Shown here: positions 42,131 to 53,271 of the stretch, piece after piece
Layout: each line of letters begins with the position of its first letter
Numbering within the stretch: the stretch's first letter is position 1
Source: Candidatus Multivoradales bacterium
Lineage (GTDB): Bacteria; Acidobacteriota; Thermoanaerobaculia; Multivoradales; Multivoraceae
NCBI GenBank assembly: GCA_965223325.1
Contig: CBDCWI010000002.1
Span: 4,096,001 to 4,160,000, forward strand
Direction: 5' to 3'
Length of the DNA stretch: 64,000 nt
The notes under the pieces: generated by a model
The model's database searches: none
What the model saw: the letters and a program-made list of their open reading frames with translations, nothing else
What the model was told of the DNA's origin: nothing
Position numbers and translations under genes: made by a program

Positions 42131-43063
42131 TCAGACCAGGGTCTTGAAGTACTCGACCGTCAGCCGCAGGCCCTCGTCGAGTGACACCTCGGGCTGCCAA
42201 CCGAGCTTTTCCTTGGCGCGCGAGATGTCCGGACGCCTGGTCTTCGGGTCGTCGACGGGAAGGTCGCAGAAGACGATCTTGCTCTTTGAGCCAGTGAAGT
42301 CGCGAATGCGCTCGGCGAACTGCAGGATCGTCATCTCACCGGGGTTACCGATGTTGACTGGGCTGTTGAGGTTTGACAGGAGCAGGCGGTAGATCCCTTC
42401 GACAAGATCGCTGACGAAACAGAACGATCGCGTTTGGCTGCCGTCGCCGTAGACCGTCAGGTCCTCCCCGCGCAACGCCTGCAACATGAAGTTCGGAACG
42501 ACGCGACCGTCGCGTGGTCGCATGCGCGGCCCGAAGGTGTTGAAGATCCGCACAATCTTTGCGTCCACTTCGTGGACTCGGTGGTAGGCAGTCGTCATCG
42601 CTTCGGCGAAACGCTTGGCTTCGTCATAGACACCGCGCGGACCAACAGGATTGACATTGCCCCAATAGCTCTCGGGCTGCGGGTGAACCAACGGGTCGCC
42701 ATAGACCTCGGAAGTCGAAGCCAGAAGGTAACGGGCCTTGTGCTCTTTGGCGATACCCAGGCTGTTGTGAGTTCCGAGCGAGCCGACCTTCAGGGTTTGG
42801 ATTGGAAGCTCGAGGTAGTCGATCGGGCTTGCCGGCGATGCGAAGTGTAGGACGTTGTCGATCGGCGTCGCGATATGAAGTGGCTCGCTGATGTCGTGCT
42901 CGATGAAATGAAAGTCATCGCGCTCCATCAGGCCGGCGATGTTCTGCGGTCTTCCGGTGATGAAGTTGTCGACGCAAACGACACCGTGTCCCTCCGCCAG
43001 CAGGCGTTCGCAAAGGTGGCTGCCGAGAAAGCCGGCGCCGCCGGTTACGAGAGTGGTCGTCAT
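42131..43063 (-). CDS. UDP-glucuronate decarboxylase-like SDR
   Basis: [43 protein letters not shown]...DGRVV. Confidence 0.93.
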   Translation of the reverse strand: MTTTLVTGGAGFLGSHLCERLLAEGHGVVCVDNFITGRPQNIAGLMERDDFHFIEHDISEPLHIATPIDNVLHFASPASPIDYLELPIQTLKVGSLGTHNSLGIAKEHKARYLLASTSEVYGDPLVHPQPESYWGNVNPVGPRGVYDEAKRFAEAMTTAYHRVHEVDAKIVRIFNTFGPRMRPRDGRVVPNFMLQALRGEDLTVYGDGSQTRSFCFVSDLVEGIYRLLLSNLNSPVNIGNPGEMTILQFAERIRDFTGSKSKIVFCDLPVDDPKTRRPDISRAKEKLGWQPEVSLDEGLRLTVEYFKTLV

Positions 43064-43134
43064 GCGTGCACATCCTTCGCCAGTAGGGGTGGAGGCGTTA
43101 CGAGTCAAAGTACCTTCGCCAGTCAATGTACCGC

Positions 43135-44499
43135 TCACCCGGCCTCGGAGACGGCGCGCAACTTCGGCGTGGCGGAACCCTCTGCCGGTCGTCCGATCGA
43201 GGTGTAGTGAAACCCGGCGGACTGTACCTGGGACTGATCGTAGATGTTGCGCAGGTCGATGATGACCGGCTTGGCCATCAGCTTCTCGAGCCGCGGGAAC
43301 TCGAGCTTGCGGAACAGGTTCCACTCGGTGACGATCACCAGGGCATCGGCCTCTTCGGCCACGGCGTAGGCGTCGTTCGCATAGTGCAGGTTGTCCAGGT
43401 GCTGCATTCCTTCGACTTCGACCTGGAAGGTCTCCATCGCCGCGGGGTCGAACGCATGGACGGTTGCACCGCGCGAGAGCAGGTTCTCGACGATGGGAAT
43501 CGCCGGCGACTCACGCACATCGTCGGTGTCGGGCTTGAACGCCAGGCCGAGCACGCCAATGCGCTTACCCTCGAGGTCGCCGACGACTTTCTGGATCTTG
43601 TCGACCATGCGCAGTTTGGTGCGCTCGTTGACACTCAAGACCGCTTCGACGATTTCGAAGGTCATGCCCTCTTGCTTGGCGATGTGAGCGATCGACTGCG
43701 TGTCCTTGGGGAAGCACGACCCTCCAAAGCCCGGGCCGGGATGCAGGAAGCGGGGCCCGATGCGGTTGTCGAGGCCCATGCCTTTGGCGACCACCTCGAC
43801 ATCGGCGCCGACGGCTTCACAGAGCTCGGCCGTCTCGTTGATGAAGGAGATCTTGGTAGCAAGGAAGGCATTCGAGGCGTACTTGATCATCTCGGCCGAC
43901 TCGACGTTGGTGACGACGAACTGAACGTCAGCAACCCGCAGCGGCGAGTAGATGTCGAGCATAAGGTCAGCTGCGCGCGGGTCGCGCGTTCCGATGACGA
44001 CCCGATCAGGGTGCAGGAAGTCGTCGATGGCAGAGCCTTCGCGTAGGAACTCGGGGTTCGATACAACGGCGAAGTCCTTGCTTCCCGAAGCTTCGCTGAC
44101 GATGCCTTCGATCATGCGGCCGGTCCCGATGGGAACGGTGCTCTTGGTGACAATGATCTTGAAGCCGTTGAGATTCTCGCCAATGGACTGCGCTACCTGA
44201 CGCACGAACTCGAGATTGGCCGAGCCGTCTTCGGCTGGGGGCGTGCCGACCGCGATGAACACCGCAACGGCCTCCTGGATCGAAGCATTGACGTCAGTGG
44301 AGAAGTCGAGCCGCCCTTCGGCGCGGTTCTTGTCGACAATCTCTTTGAGACCGGGTTCATAGATGGGGATCTCGCCGCGGTTGAGACGCTCGATCTTGGA
44401 TGCGTCTTTATCGACGCAGACGACATGGGTACCGAAGTCGGCCAAGCAGGCTCCGGTGACGAGGCCGACGTAACCACTACCAACAACACAGATCTTCAT
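43135..44499 (-). CDS. ugd: UDP-glucose 6-dehydrogenase
   Basis: [44 protein letters not shown]. Confidence 0.95.
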   Translation of the reverse strand: MKICVVGSGYVGLVTGACLADFGTHVVCVDKDASKIERLNRGEIPIYEPGLKEIVDKNRAEGRLDFSTDVNASIQEAVAVFIAVGTPPAEDGSANLEFVRQVAQSIGENLNGFKIIVTKSTVPIGTGRMIEGIVSEASGSKDFAVVSNPEFLREGSAIDDFLHPDRVVIGTRDPRAADLMLDIYSPLRVADVQFVVTNVESAEMIKYASNAFLATKISFINETAELCEAVGADVEVVAKGMGLDNRIGPRFLHPGPGFGGSCFPKDTQSIAHIAKQEGMTFEIVEAVLSVNERTKLRMVDKIQKVVGDLEGKRIGVLGLAFKPDTDDVRESPAIPIVENLLSRGATVHAFDPAAMETFQVEVEGMQHLDNLHYANDAYAVAEEADALVIVTEWNLFRKLEFPRLEKLMAKPVIIDLRNIYDQSQVQSAGFHYTSIGRPAEGSATPKLRAVSEAG

Positions 44500-44886
44500 G
44501 GGCTGGACTCACATTGGTGGAAGGAAGGGAAAAACCCCTCCAATGAACTGGAAGGTAGTCACCGGCGGCGATCGCATCGCCTTTGGTCCGGTAGACCGTG
44601 TCGAGGTGCCCGGGTGGAACTTGGGCTACCTGCGCCCCCGTGCAGGGTTCTGGGACGTTTCGCGACGCTCGAGGAGTGAGATCAGGTGGGGTGCGCTGGC
44701 CCCGGCAGCTACCCGTTCCTGGCATGCACTTCGAGGTGCGGAACCGTTGAAAGATAGCGAATCGGCGATTCCCCGACAAGGTGTCGGTTGCCGAAGTACC
44801 GCGACAGTGGGGTTCTACACACGGCGGGCGCAAGCTTTGATAAGCCTGGACGGTGCAGCCGGCAGGTCAACCAAGGCCACCGGCTC

Positions 44887-46053
44887 TTAGAGGCCGTCGG
44901 CTTCGATGTCCTTGGGAATGGGTTCGATCTCGCCTGCCTTGACGGCATCCGCGTAGCGCTTCTTGATGCCCTTCTTCTGCCGGTTGCGGATCATCCAGCG
45001 CAGCAGCCGTGACTCATTGATGCCGATGACGACGTCGTTGAGTGCCTCGAAGACGGCGGGGTCGTTGATCAGCCGGGCGGCAGTGCCGTCACCCTCAGAG
45101 ACCTTGGCAGAGAGATCATCGAGGCGTTCGAGCAGGCTCTGAATCTCGTCGGTGATCGCCTGGCCGTACTCGTCGTCATGGATCAGCTTGGGAAGCAGTC
45201 CGTCGCCAGAACGCATCTCCTCCGCCAGCACGCTCAGGTCTGCCATGGCGGAGTCGAAGTTCTCGAGGCTCTGGGCGAGGCTGGCGCTGGCGTCCTTGTC
45301 GTCGAGGAGCGTGCCGAGAATTCCTTCCCCGGTCTCAACGCGATCGGCGACGCTCTTGAGCGTCGCCACGGTGTTCGAGAGGTCGTCGGCCAGTTGCTGA
45401 TCCGAGAACAGGCGCCCCACGGTGCCTTCTCCAGACTCGATGCGGCCGACGACCGCATCGACCGACTCGAGGGTCGACACCAGGCTCTCGGTGACGCGCT
45501 CGCCTTCGCGTTCGGTGATCAATTCGCCGAGAAGCCCTTCGCCGTCCTCCATGCGAGTCAGGATGTTCGAAAGGGAGCTTGCAGCGATGACGATGTTGTC
45601 GAGAACGTCACCGCCGCTGGCGATCAGCTTGTCGACGTCGGTAGGGGCTGCCGCCGGTATTTGTTGGCCGGCCTCGACTTCGGCAAAGCCTGGACTGCCC
45701 GAAGTGATGTCGACGTATTTATCACCGAGCAAGCCGAGGCTCTTGATTCGCGCCACCGAGTCCTGGCGCACACGCGAGGCGTAGCGCCTTTCGACGCTCA
45801 CCCACACCTGCAGGAGTTCGGTGTCGATGTTCTCGGGCAAGATGATGTCGTCGATCTTGCCGACCACGACGCCGGAGAGCTGCACCGGGTTTCCTTCGGC
45901 GAGCCCGGCAACCGTGGGGAAGAGTACGAAGTACTTGTTGGTCTTGGTAAACAGAAAGTTCTGCTCGCCGACCAGGAGCACTACCGCTGCAACAACCAGT
46001 AGCGCGGTGAGTACGGTCAGTCCAATTCGTCCGAGACGTGCGTCACGCCGCAT
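44887..46053 (-). CDS. mlaD: MlaD/MCE-family protein
   Basis: TM anchor, GL..G..V...GV.VG.I, GLLGDKYV.I; long helical repeats (G.GT.G.L). Confidence 0.88.
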   Translation of the reverse strand: MRRDARLGRIGLTVLTALLVVAAVVLLVGEQNFLFTKTNKYFVLFPTVAGLAEGNPVQLSGVVVGKIDDIILPENIDTELLQVWVSVERRYASRVRQDSVARIKSLGLLGDKYVDITSGSPGFAEVEAGQQIPAAAPTDVDKLIASGGDVLDNIVIAASSLSNILTRMEDGEGLLGELITEREGERVTESLVSTLESVDAVVGRIESGEGTVGRLFSDQQLADDLSNTVATLKSVADRVETGEGILGTLLDDKDASASLAQSLENFDSAMADLSVLAEEMRSGDGLLPKLIHDDEYGQAITDEIQSLLERLDDLSAKVSEGDGTAARLINDPAVFEALNDVVIGINESRLLRWMIRNRQKKGIKKRYADAVKAGEIEPIPKDIEADGL

Positions 46054-46834
46054 CGATGTCCTCCTTGCCGGTCAGGAACGCTGCCAGGGAACGGTCCTCA
46101 CTGCGATCGGCTTCTTCCCATGTTCCCAGAAAAGCAAAGCGCCCGTCCCGCAGGAAGGCGAGTCGATCGCCAACGGTGCGCGCCAGCGCCAGGTCGTGGG
46201 TGACGACGACGGCGGTGACTCCGAGATTGTTGCGAATGTCGTTGATCAGTGAGCCAATGGTTGCCGAAGTGATCGGGTCGAGCCCCGTCGTAGGTTCGTC
46301 GAACAGCACGACCTCGGGATCGAGCATCAAGGACCGCGCCAGGGCGACACGTTTCTTCATGCCGCCCGAGAGCGCTGCCGGCATGCGGTCCTCGATGCCC
46401 GGCATACGAACCATCTCGAGACGGTCCGCAATGCGATCTTCGATCTCTGCCTCTTCCATTTCGGTGTGCTCGCGGAGCGGAAAGGCGAGGTTTTCGTAGA
46501 CCGTCAGTGAGTCGAAGAGGGCACCGCCCTGGAAGAGCATCGCGACCCGTCGCCGGATCGGGTAGAGGTCCTTCTCGGTCAGTTCGCCGAGGTCGATGTC
46601 ACCGAAGAAGACCTTTCCTTCGTCGGGTGCCTCGAGGCCGTTGAGTTGCCGGAGGGTGACGCTCTTGCCGGTTCCTGAACGCCCCAGGATGATCAAACAT
46701 TCGCCGCGGTGAACGTCAAAGGACACGCCATCGAGGATGGTGCGCCGTCCGTATCGCTTGACCAGATCCCGTACACGGTAGACGACCTTGCCGTCGGTCC
46801 CGGGCACAAGCGAGAGCTCTTCAGAACCCGACAC
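46043..46834 (-). CDS. mlaF: MlaF-like ABC ATPase
   Basis: GRSGTGKS, FQGGALFDSL, LSGGMKKRV.LAR, DEPTTGLDP. Confidence 0.92.
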   Translation of the reverse strand: MSGSEELSLVPGTDGKVVYRVRDLVKRYGRRTILDGVSFDVHRGECLIILGRSGTGKSVTLRQLNGLEAPDEGKVFFGDIDLGELTEKDLYPIRRRVAMLFQGGALFDSLTVYENLAFPLREHTEMEEAEIEDRIADRLEMVRMPGIEDRMPAALSGGMKKRVALARSLMLDPEVVLFDEPTTGLDPITSATIGSLINDIRNNLGVTAVVVTHDLALARTVGDRLAFLRDGRFAFLGTWEEADRSEDRSLAAFLTGKEDIDAA

Positions 46835-46837
46835 GTC

Positions 46838-47659
46838 TCAGATGCTCCCGATCATGTAGAAGAGCTTGGTGAGAAAGAAGTCACTCACCAGAATCACGAT
46901 CGACGCCCAGACTACGGTGTTGGTCGTTGCGCGGCCAACGCCGTCAGCGCCGCCGGTGACCTGCAGCCCGTTGTAGCAGCCGATGATGGCGATGGCGTAT
47001 CCAAAGAAGAACGACTTGCCGACACCACTGAAGACGTCTCCCATCGTCAACGACGACAACACGTCGTTGACGTAGAGGCCGAGCTGCAGGTCGAGTTGGT
47101 AGACGGCAATCAATCCGCCTCCGAGAATGCCCAGGGCGTCGCCAATGATGGTGAGTGCCGGCAACATGATGAGCGTTGCGCCGAGGCGAGGCACGACCAA
47201 CTTGCGGGTTGGCGAGGCCGCCATCGAGCGCAGGGCGTCGATCTGTTCGGTGACCTTCATCGTGCCGAGCTCGGCGGTCATTCCGGCACCAATGCGGCCA
47301 CCGACGATGAGAGCCACCAGAACCGGCCCGAGCTCTCGACTGAGCGATTTCGAGACGACGGTGCCGATGTAGTACTTGACACCCAGTTCCGGCAGCGAAT
47401 ACGCCGTCTGGAGCGCCAGAACCATGCCGGTGAAAATGGTCGTGATGCCGGCCACGGCAAACGAGCGAACGCCGAGCTGGTCCATCTGCTGCAGCCAGAG
47501 ACTGGCCTCGAGCGGCAGTTTGAACATTCCCAAGAGCGCGCGCCAGGTGAGCACTGCGATGCCGCCAATGTGGTGCAACCCGCGCTGCGCAGGAGCGAGC
47601 ATCAGCTCGAGCGTGCTCTGCTCGAGATCGTCTCCCAGGCCCGGCTCGAGAAGGCTCAC
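46838..47659 (-). CDS. mlaE: MlaE-like ABC permease
   Basis: RELGPVL, AELGTMKVTEQIDAL, GGADGVGRATT. Confidence 0.93.
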   Translation of the reverse strand: MSLLEPGLGDDLEQSTLELMLAPAQRGLHHIGGIAVLTWRALLGMFKLPLEASLWLQQMDQLGVRSFAVAGITTIFTGMVLALQTAYSLPELGVKYYIGTVVSKSLSRELGPVLVALIVGGRIGAGMTAELGTMKVTEQIDALRSMAASPTRKLVVPRLGATLIMLPALTIIGDALGILGGGLIAVYQLDLQLGLYVNDVLSSLTMGDVFSGVGKSFFFGYAIAIIGCYNGLQVTGGADGVGRATTNTVVWASIVILVSDFFLTKLFYMIGSI

Positions 47660-47891
47660 GACGACAGCCCAGGCACGTTACAGCCCGTGGATTCTGAGGT
47701 GGATCGGTTGATTGGCATGCAGAGAGAAGGGCTCGGCGAGGTGCCGCGTTCTCCTGGAATCTCTTCTGAGATCTCGGCGGCGCGATCCTGGTGATGGGCG
47801 GGCGGTGCCGGGGGTACCTGAGGCCTCGAACGAGTGAGCAAACTCTAGCAGTCCCGCGTGGCTCTCCCTCGCCCGGAGCGGCGACGTGGCC

Positions 47892-49391
47892 TTAGCGGTA
47901 GCGCCTCAGGTCGTCCCAGATCGCGGCACTCGGCTGGAGCGGTTCATAGACGACGAACAGGGGCGCGCCCGCCTCATCGTTGTCGACGCCCCAGGGGTTC
48001 GAAATAACGCCGACTCGACGCCAACGCCGCCAGTAGCGCTCGACCGCTTGGCGGCTGTAGCCAACAACCAGAGCGGCGTCGAGCGCTGCGTCGCGGCTCC
48101 AGAACCAATAGCTGTTGTGGGGACTCGTCACCCTGGCGGCCTGTTTCCCGAAGAGCTCTATTGCCGCTGCGTTGCCGTAGTTTGATGCCAGCACGACCTC
48201 GATCTCTCCCTCGAGGGCCCGCAGTTGTTCGTCGACCTGCGCGGCGAGTTCCGGCCAACCCACCATCTCGGCGACGTCGTTGTTGGGCACCTTGCTCTGT
48301 CGCGCTGGCCAGTCCTCGACCGGAATGAGTGGCAAAAAGAAGCTCGCGACAGCCAGGTTGGCGACCGCCGCTGCGATGACCGCCGGCACCAGCGCTCGAC
48401 TTGTGCCCGCTGCGCGCTTCGGATCGTTTCCCCAGCGACCGACAGCCGCTCCTCCGGCCGCGAAGACCAGCGGATAGAGCGGTGCAACGTAGTAGGGCTT
48501 GCCGGCCAAAACAAGGAACAGGAAGAACGTGATGACGCCTGCGATGGCCAGGGGGCGGTGTCTGTGGTGGCGCTTCCACCAGGAGGCAGCAAAGAAAAGG
48601 AGTGGCAACCAGAAAAGGCCCAGAAAGGGCAGCTGAAGACCGAGAAACTCGGATCTCGTGGTCACCTTGTAGCTGGCGAACTCAACGAACGGAACGTCGT
48701 GCCGGATGAGCCACCAGAGATTGGGTGAGAAGACCACCATCGCCAGGAGCCCGGCCAACCAGGGCCATGGCGTCACGAGATGTTTGCGAGCGCTGGTGAG
48801 AACGAAGGCGAGGAGGATCGCCAAGCCAAAGCCCGCTACTGTGTACTTGATCAACAGCCCTACGCCGAGGACGCCGCCGAGGAGCAGCCAGGCAGAGCGG
48901 GCACTGCGGGACCCCGGTTCGGCATCGAGAACTGCGGTGAGCAGAATGATCGCCAACAGCCAGATGACCTGATCGAAGGGGTTGACCTGGAACATCCCCT
49001 GGGTGATGACGAAGATCAGGCAACTCGCGGTGGCGAGAGCTGCGATTCGATGGCCCCGTTGGGAGGCGCCCAGGCGGTTCGCCAGAATAGCCGTCAGCAC
49101 AACCAGCAGCCCGGCGACCAGTGCCGGCCAAAGCCGAAGGCCGACCACCGAGGGGCCGAAGACCTTGTGTGAGAGGCCGGCGAGCCAGGGCACCAGGGGT
49201 GGATGGTCGACGTAGCCGAAGTCGAGGCGCAGGCCGCCGGTCATGTAGTAGAGCTCGTCGCGATGGAAGCCGTAGCCCTGGTGCACAGCGATCCAGGCAA
49301 CGAGGAGCTGGCCGAGGATGGCAAGGGCACCCAGCAGGAGAACGACGGGGTCCTTTTGGGGAGTGCGCTCGAGCGTCGGGTCAGCGGGCAT
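47892..49391 (-). CDS. GT39/ArnT-like membrane glycosyltransferase
   Basis: FHRDELYY, GYVDHPPL, KYT; many TM helices. Confidence 0.88.
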   Translation of the reverse strand: MPADPTLERTPQKDPVVLLLGALAILGQLLVAWIAVHQGYGFHRDELYYMTGGLRLDFGYVDHPPLVPWLAGLSHKVFGPSVVGLRLWPALVAGLLVVLTAILANRLGASQRGHRIAALATASCLIFVITQGMFQVNPFDQVIWLLAIILLTAVLDAEPGSRSARSAWLLLGGVLGVGLLIKYTVAGFGLAILLAFVLTSARKHLVTPWPWLAGLLAMVVFSPNLWWLIRHDVPFVEFASYKVTTRSEFLGLQLPFLGLFWLPLLFFAASWWKRHHRHRPLAIAGVITFFLFLVLAGKPYYVAPLYPLVFAAGGAAVGRWGNDPKRAAGTSRALVPAVIAAAVANLAVASFFLPLIPVEDWPARQSKVPNNDVAEMVGWPELAAQVDEQLRALEGEIEVVLASNYGNAAAIELFGKQAARVTSPHNSYWFWSRDAALDAALVVGYSRQAVERYWRRWRRVGVISNPWGVDNDEAGAPLFVVYEPLQPSAAIWDDLRRYR

Positions 49392-49575
49392 GGTGGTGAG
49401 ACCTACGGGTGGCCGACGCTGCTGTTTCAGCCGCGGGTTGTGCGCACGACACCAAAGGCAGTCCTAGACCTGCCGAGGCGGGGCGCCGCTTCTTCTTTGA
49501 CATCTGAAAGACTGCCCTCATACCGGCCTACCCCTTGTCGGAACGTTTCCCGGTCATCTCGTCCGAGCAGAACCC

Positions 49576-50373
49576 TTGAGCAGCACAAGCGCATCCCACA
49601 ACCCGAGTGACAGGCAGAGCACGAGCGCTCCCGCCGAGCATCCCAGTTGGTTCGCTGTGACTCGGGCGACGGTAGGCTTTCTCTTGTTCATCGTTTTCGG
49701 TAGCTTCGTCTTCTCGATTCTCTCGGGGCTGGCCGGTTGGATCCCCCCGCGCGGCAATCACATGTTCCGTTTCGCGCGCTGGTGGGGTCGTGGCCTGCTG
49801 TGGGCGAGCGCCTGCGAATTGCGCGTTGAAGGTGCCTCTTTAGAGGACACTCCGGCCGTTTTCGTAGCCAACCATCAGAGCATCTTCGACGTGCCGGCAC
49901 TGCTCGCCTCAGTCCCCGGGCAGGCGCGCTTCATGGCCAAGCGAGAGTTGTTTCGGATCCCCCTCTTTGGTTGGGCCCTGTGGATCGCCGGTTTCGTGCC
50001 GGTCGATCGTCGTGACCGGAGTCGCGCCGCTGAGACCTTCAACCAGGCCTCACAGCGCCTGCGCGCAGGAGCTTCGGTGGTGGTCTATCCGGAAGAGACT
50101 CGCTCCCACGACGGGCGGCTCAGGCCCTTCAAGCGGGGGGGAATCCTGCTGGCGCTCAAGACCGGTGCTCCCATCGTGCCGGTGGGTGTTGCGGGCAGCT
50201 TCTATGCCAAGCCCCGGCACCGCTTCACCGTGTGGCCGGGACCGATTACGGTGCGTTACGGCGAGGCGGTCGACCCGCGCGGCGCTGGTCTGCGCAAGAA
50301 GGGGGCGCTGGTCGAGCATCTCGAGGCGACGGTAGCGGAGCTTGCAGATGTCGAACGCGGTGGTCTGGAATAA
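49576..50373 (+). CDS. plsC: 1-acyl-sn-glycerol-3-phosphate acyltransferase
   Basis: NHQSIFD, FMAKREL, YPEETRS, FKRGG; start uncertain. Confidence 0.9.
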   Translation: MSSTSASHNPSDRQSTSAPAEHPSWFAVTRATVGFLLFIVFGSFVFSILSGLAGWIPPRGNHMFRFARWWGRGLLWASACELRVEGASLEDTPAVFVANHQSIFDVPALLASVPGQARFMAKRELFRIPLFGWALWIAGFVPVDRRDRSRAAETFNQASQRLRAGASVVVYPEETRSHDGRLRPFKRGGILLALKTGAPIVPVGVAGSFYAKPRHRFTVWPGPITVRYGEAVDPRGAGLRKKGALVEHLEATVAELADVERGGLE

Positions 50374-50568
50374 GGCGTGAGACCGCCCCAGCGGACGCGA
50401 TCGGAGCGAGGCCGAGTGAAGACCAGCGACCGTTCGTCCACGCGTCAGCGTTGCTAGACTCGCCGCTCTCTTTGGGCACAAGCGATTGACCCGCCGGCCT
50501 GGCCGCACCGGCGGCAGTCAGGCGCCCACTCCCACTACAACTCTCACTCCAGAAGGCAATCTCTTCCC

Positions 50569-51729
50569 GTGACTGAATCGGACCACGGCTCACAGCCGCC
50601 CAGTAGCGCTAACGGAAAGGAAGGCGCCAACGGAAAAGAACGGAGCGACTTCGAGAAAGGCCTCTGGGGGGCGCTGGCTACGGTGACCTTTCCAGGTATG
50701 AGTCGCGACGTGGTGTCGTTCGGCTTCGTCAAGAAGGTGACCGCCGAGCCCGACGGATCGGTAGCGGTGGAGCTCGAGGTGCCGACCCACAATCCCGGTT
50801 CAGGTGAGGCGATCCGTACCGAAGTCGAGAGAGTCTTGACCGAGCTCGAAGGCGTTCGTGAGGCCAAAGTCGGCCTGCGGGTCGTGACACCCCGCACCCA
50901 GGCACCGCCGGCGCAGCGAGGCGTGATGAACGACCCGTCGTTGCTCGAGGGGGTGCGCTCGGTGGTAGCGGTCGCCAGCGGGAAGGGTGGTGTCGGCAAG
51001 TCGACGGTCTCGGTCAACCTCGCGGTGCAGCTCGCCCAGGCGGGTCATCGGGTCGGTCTGCTCGACTGCGACATCTATGGGCCTTCCATTCCCACCATGC
51101 TGGGAATCACCGACCGCCCGGCGGTCGCGCGCAAGAAGCTGGTGCCGTTCGAGAAGTACGGTGTGCGCTCGATGTCGCTCGGGTTCGTCGTCGAGCAAGA
51201 CACACCAGTCATCTGGCGCGGGCCAATGGTGCAGAAAGCCATCGAGCAGTTGCTCGGTGACGTCCTCTGGGGCGAGCTCGACCAGCTCATTATCGACCTG
51301 CCACCGGGCACAGGCGATGCCCAGCTCACGCTGGCGCAGAAGGTGCCGCTCTCGGGCGCCGTCATCGTTTCGACCCCGCAGGACGTGGCCTTGATCGACG
51401 CCAGGAAGGGCCTTGCGATGTTCGAGAAGGTCAAGGTGCCGGTGCTCGGCTTCGTCGAGAACATGTCGTACTTCGAATGCCCGTCGTGTGGTGATCGCAC
51501 TGACGTCTTCAAGCACGGTGGCGCCGAGCGCGCCGCCAGAGAACTAGGCGTTCGCTTCCTTGGCGCGATACCGCTCGACTCCGCCGTAGTGCACGGTGGC
51601 GATGACGGTGTGCCTGTGGTTGCTGCTGACCCCGAAGGGTCCTTCGCCCAGGCCTTCTCTGAGATCGCTGGGGGCGTCGTGGAGGCTCTCAAAGAAGAAC
51701 GCCGCGCCCGACCGCTGACGATTCTCTGA
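50569..51729 (+). CDS. mrp: Mrp/ApbC Fe-S carrier ATPase
   Basis: SGKGGVGKST, DCDIYGPS, WRGPM, DLPPGTGD, ENMS.F.CPSC. Confidence 0.95.
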   Translation: MTESDHGSQPPSSANGKEGANGKERSDFEKGLWGALATVTFPGMSRDVVSFGFVKKVTAEPDGSVAVELEVPTHNPGSGEAIRTEVERVLTELEGVREAKVGLRVVTPRTQAPPAQRGVMNDPSLLEGVRSVVAVASGKGGVGKSTVSVNLAVQLAQAGHRVGLLDCDIYGPSIPTMLGITDRPAVARKKLVPFEKYGVRSMSLGFVVEQDTPVIWRGPMVQKAIEQLLGDVLWGELDQLIIDLPPGTGDAQLTLAQKVPLSGAVIVSTPQDVALIDARKGLAMFEKVKVPVLGFVENMSYFECPSCGDRTDVFKHGGAERAARELGVRFLGAIPLDSAVVHGGDDGVPVVAADPEGSFAQAFSEIAGGVVEALKEERRARPLTIL

Positions 51730-51739
51730 GCGCGGTGGC

Positions 51740-52447
51740 GTGAAGACAGCGTTTCTGGCCGACGCACACCTGGGCGGGCCCGGTGGCCCGGCCGAGCCGC
51801 TGATCGCTCAGCTCGATGAGCTTCAGTCTCGAGGTTGCGAGCATCTCGTCTTGATGGGCGATCTCTTTCACGTTTGGGTCGGACACCGCCAGTTCGAAAC
51901 ACCTGAAATTGCCGCGGTCATGGTGGCGCTCGACCGCTTGCGCGCTGCCGGCGTGCGGGTGAGCTACATCGAGGGCAACCGCGACTTCTTCCTGCGCGAT
52001 GGTCCCTACAGAGATCACTTCGACGAGGTAGCAGTCGAGCTACCGATCGAGATTGGGAACGAGCGCGTGTTGTGTGTTCATGGTGACGGGCTCAACGATC
52101 GCGACTGGCAGTACCGTGGGTGGCGTTGGTTGTCGAAGTCGCCCCCGGCGCGCTTCTTCGTTCGCCATCTCCCAGGCGGTCTCGCGCGGCGGATCGTGCA
52201 CGGTACCGAGGAGCGGCTAGCGCGCACCAACTTCAAGCACAAGAACCGCATTCCCGAAGAGCCCATTGCGACCTGGGGGGCCAGGCGCCTGATACAGGGT
52301 GAGTTCGATCGCATCGTCCTTGGTCACTTCCATGAACCGCGCTTGATCGCCACCCAACACGGCAAGATTCATATTCTCGACGCATGGTTTCGCAGCCATC
52401 GAATCGAAAGCCTCGACGGGCTCGACGTGGAACAGGCGTCGTCATGA
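51740..52447 (+). CDS. lpxH: UDP-2,3-diacylglucosamine hydrolase LpxH-like
   Basis: DAH, MGDLF, GNRDF, HGD and GHFH metallophosphoesterase motifs. Confidence 0.82.
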   Translation: MKTAFLADAHLGGPGGPAEPLIAQLDELQSRGCEHLVLMGDLFHVWVGHRQFETPEIAAVMVALDRLRAAGVRVSYIEGNRDFFLRDGPYRDHFDEVAVELPIEIGNERVLCVHGDGLNDRDWQYRGWRWLSKSPPARFFVRHLPGGLARRIVHGTEERLARTNFKHKNRIPEEPIATWGARRLIQGEFDRIVLGHFHEPRLIATQHGKIHILDAWFRSHRIESLDGLDVEQASS

Positions 52448-53259
52448 AAGCGCAGGGCATCATGCTCGGAAGTGGTACCTCGACCGGTGTTCCGGTGATC
52501 GGATGCGATTGTGAAACCTGCACCTCTGATGACCCCCGCAACCGTCGTTCACGCACCAGCATGTGGTTTCGAATCCAAGACCGCCCGGCCGATCCCGAAA
52601 GGCCCTTTTTCGGCCTATTGATCGATACCTCGACAGACTTTCGCGAGCAGGCTCTGCGCGAGAAGATTCCGCGCATCGACGCCGTTTTGTACACGCACGC
52701 CCACGCCGATCACATCTTCGGCCTCGACGATCTGCGCATCTACAACTTCCGACAGCGGCAGTCCATCCCGACCTACGGCAGCGCTCTGACGCTGAGGCGG
52801 ATCCGCCACGCCTTTTCGTACATCTTCGAGGATGGGCAGGAAGGCGGTGGCAAACCGAACGTTACTCTCGAGACAGTTGAAGGGTCATTCAAACTGTCGA
52901 ACTTCGAGGTCACTCCGATTCCGGTCATGCACGGCGAGCTGGCGATCTTCGGCTATCGGCTCGGCGACTTCGCCTATATCACCGACTGCAGCCACATTCC
53001 TGAAGACAGCATGAGGCAGCTCGAAGGCGTCGATCAGTTGGTGCTTGGCGCGTTGCGCTATCGAGAGCACCCGACCCACTTCAACATCGACCAGGCAACC
53101 GCAGTGGCCGAGCGCGTTGGCGCCAGGCGCACGGTGCTCACCCACCTGGCCTGTGACATCGAGCACGTGCGTGACGATGCGAAACTTCCGAAGGGCGTCG
53201 AACTCGGCTACGACGGAATGCTGTTCGACTTCGAGATGACGAGTGGAGCGGGGCAGTGA
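52444..53259 (+). CDS. MBL-fold hydrolase (PhnP/YycJ-like)
   Basis: GSGTSTGVP.IGCDCETC, THAHADHI.GLDDLR, H.THF; ATGA overlap with lpxH. Confidence 0.9.
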   Translation: MKAQGIMLGSGTSTGVPVIGCDCETCTSDDPRNRRSRTSMWFRIQDRPADPERPFFGLLIDTSTDFREQALREKIPRIDAVLYTHAHADHIFGLDDLRIYNFRQRQSIPTYGSALTLRRIRHAFSYIFEDGQEGGGKPNVTLETVEGSFKLSNFEVTPIPVMHGELAIFGYRLGDFAYITDCSHIPEDSMRQLEGVDQLVLGALRYREHPTHFNIDQATAVAERVGARRTVLTHLACDIEHVRDDAKLPKGVELGYDGMLFDFEMTSGAGQ

Positions 53260-53271
53260 GAAGGTCGAAAA

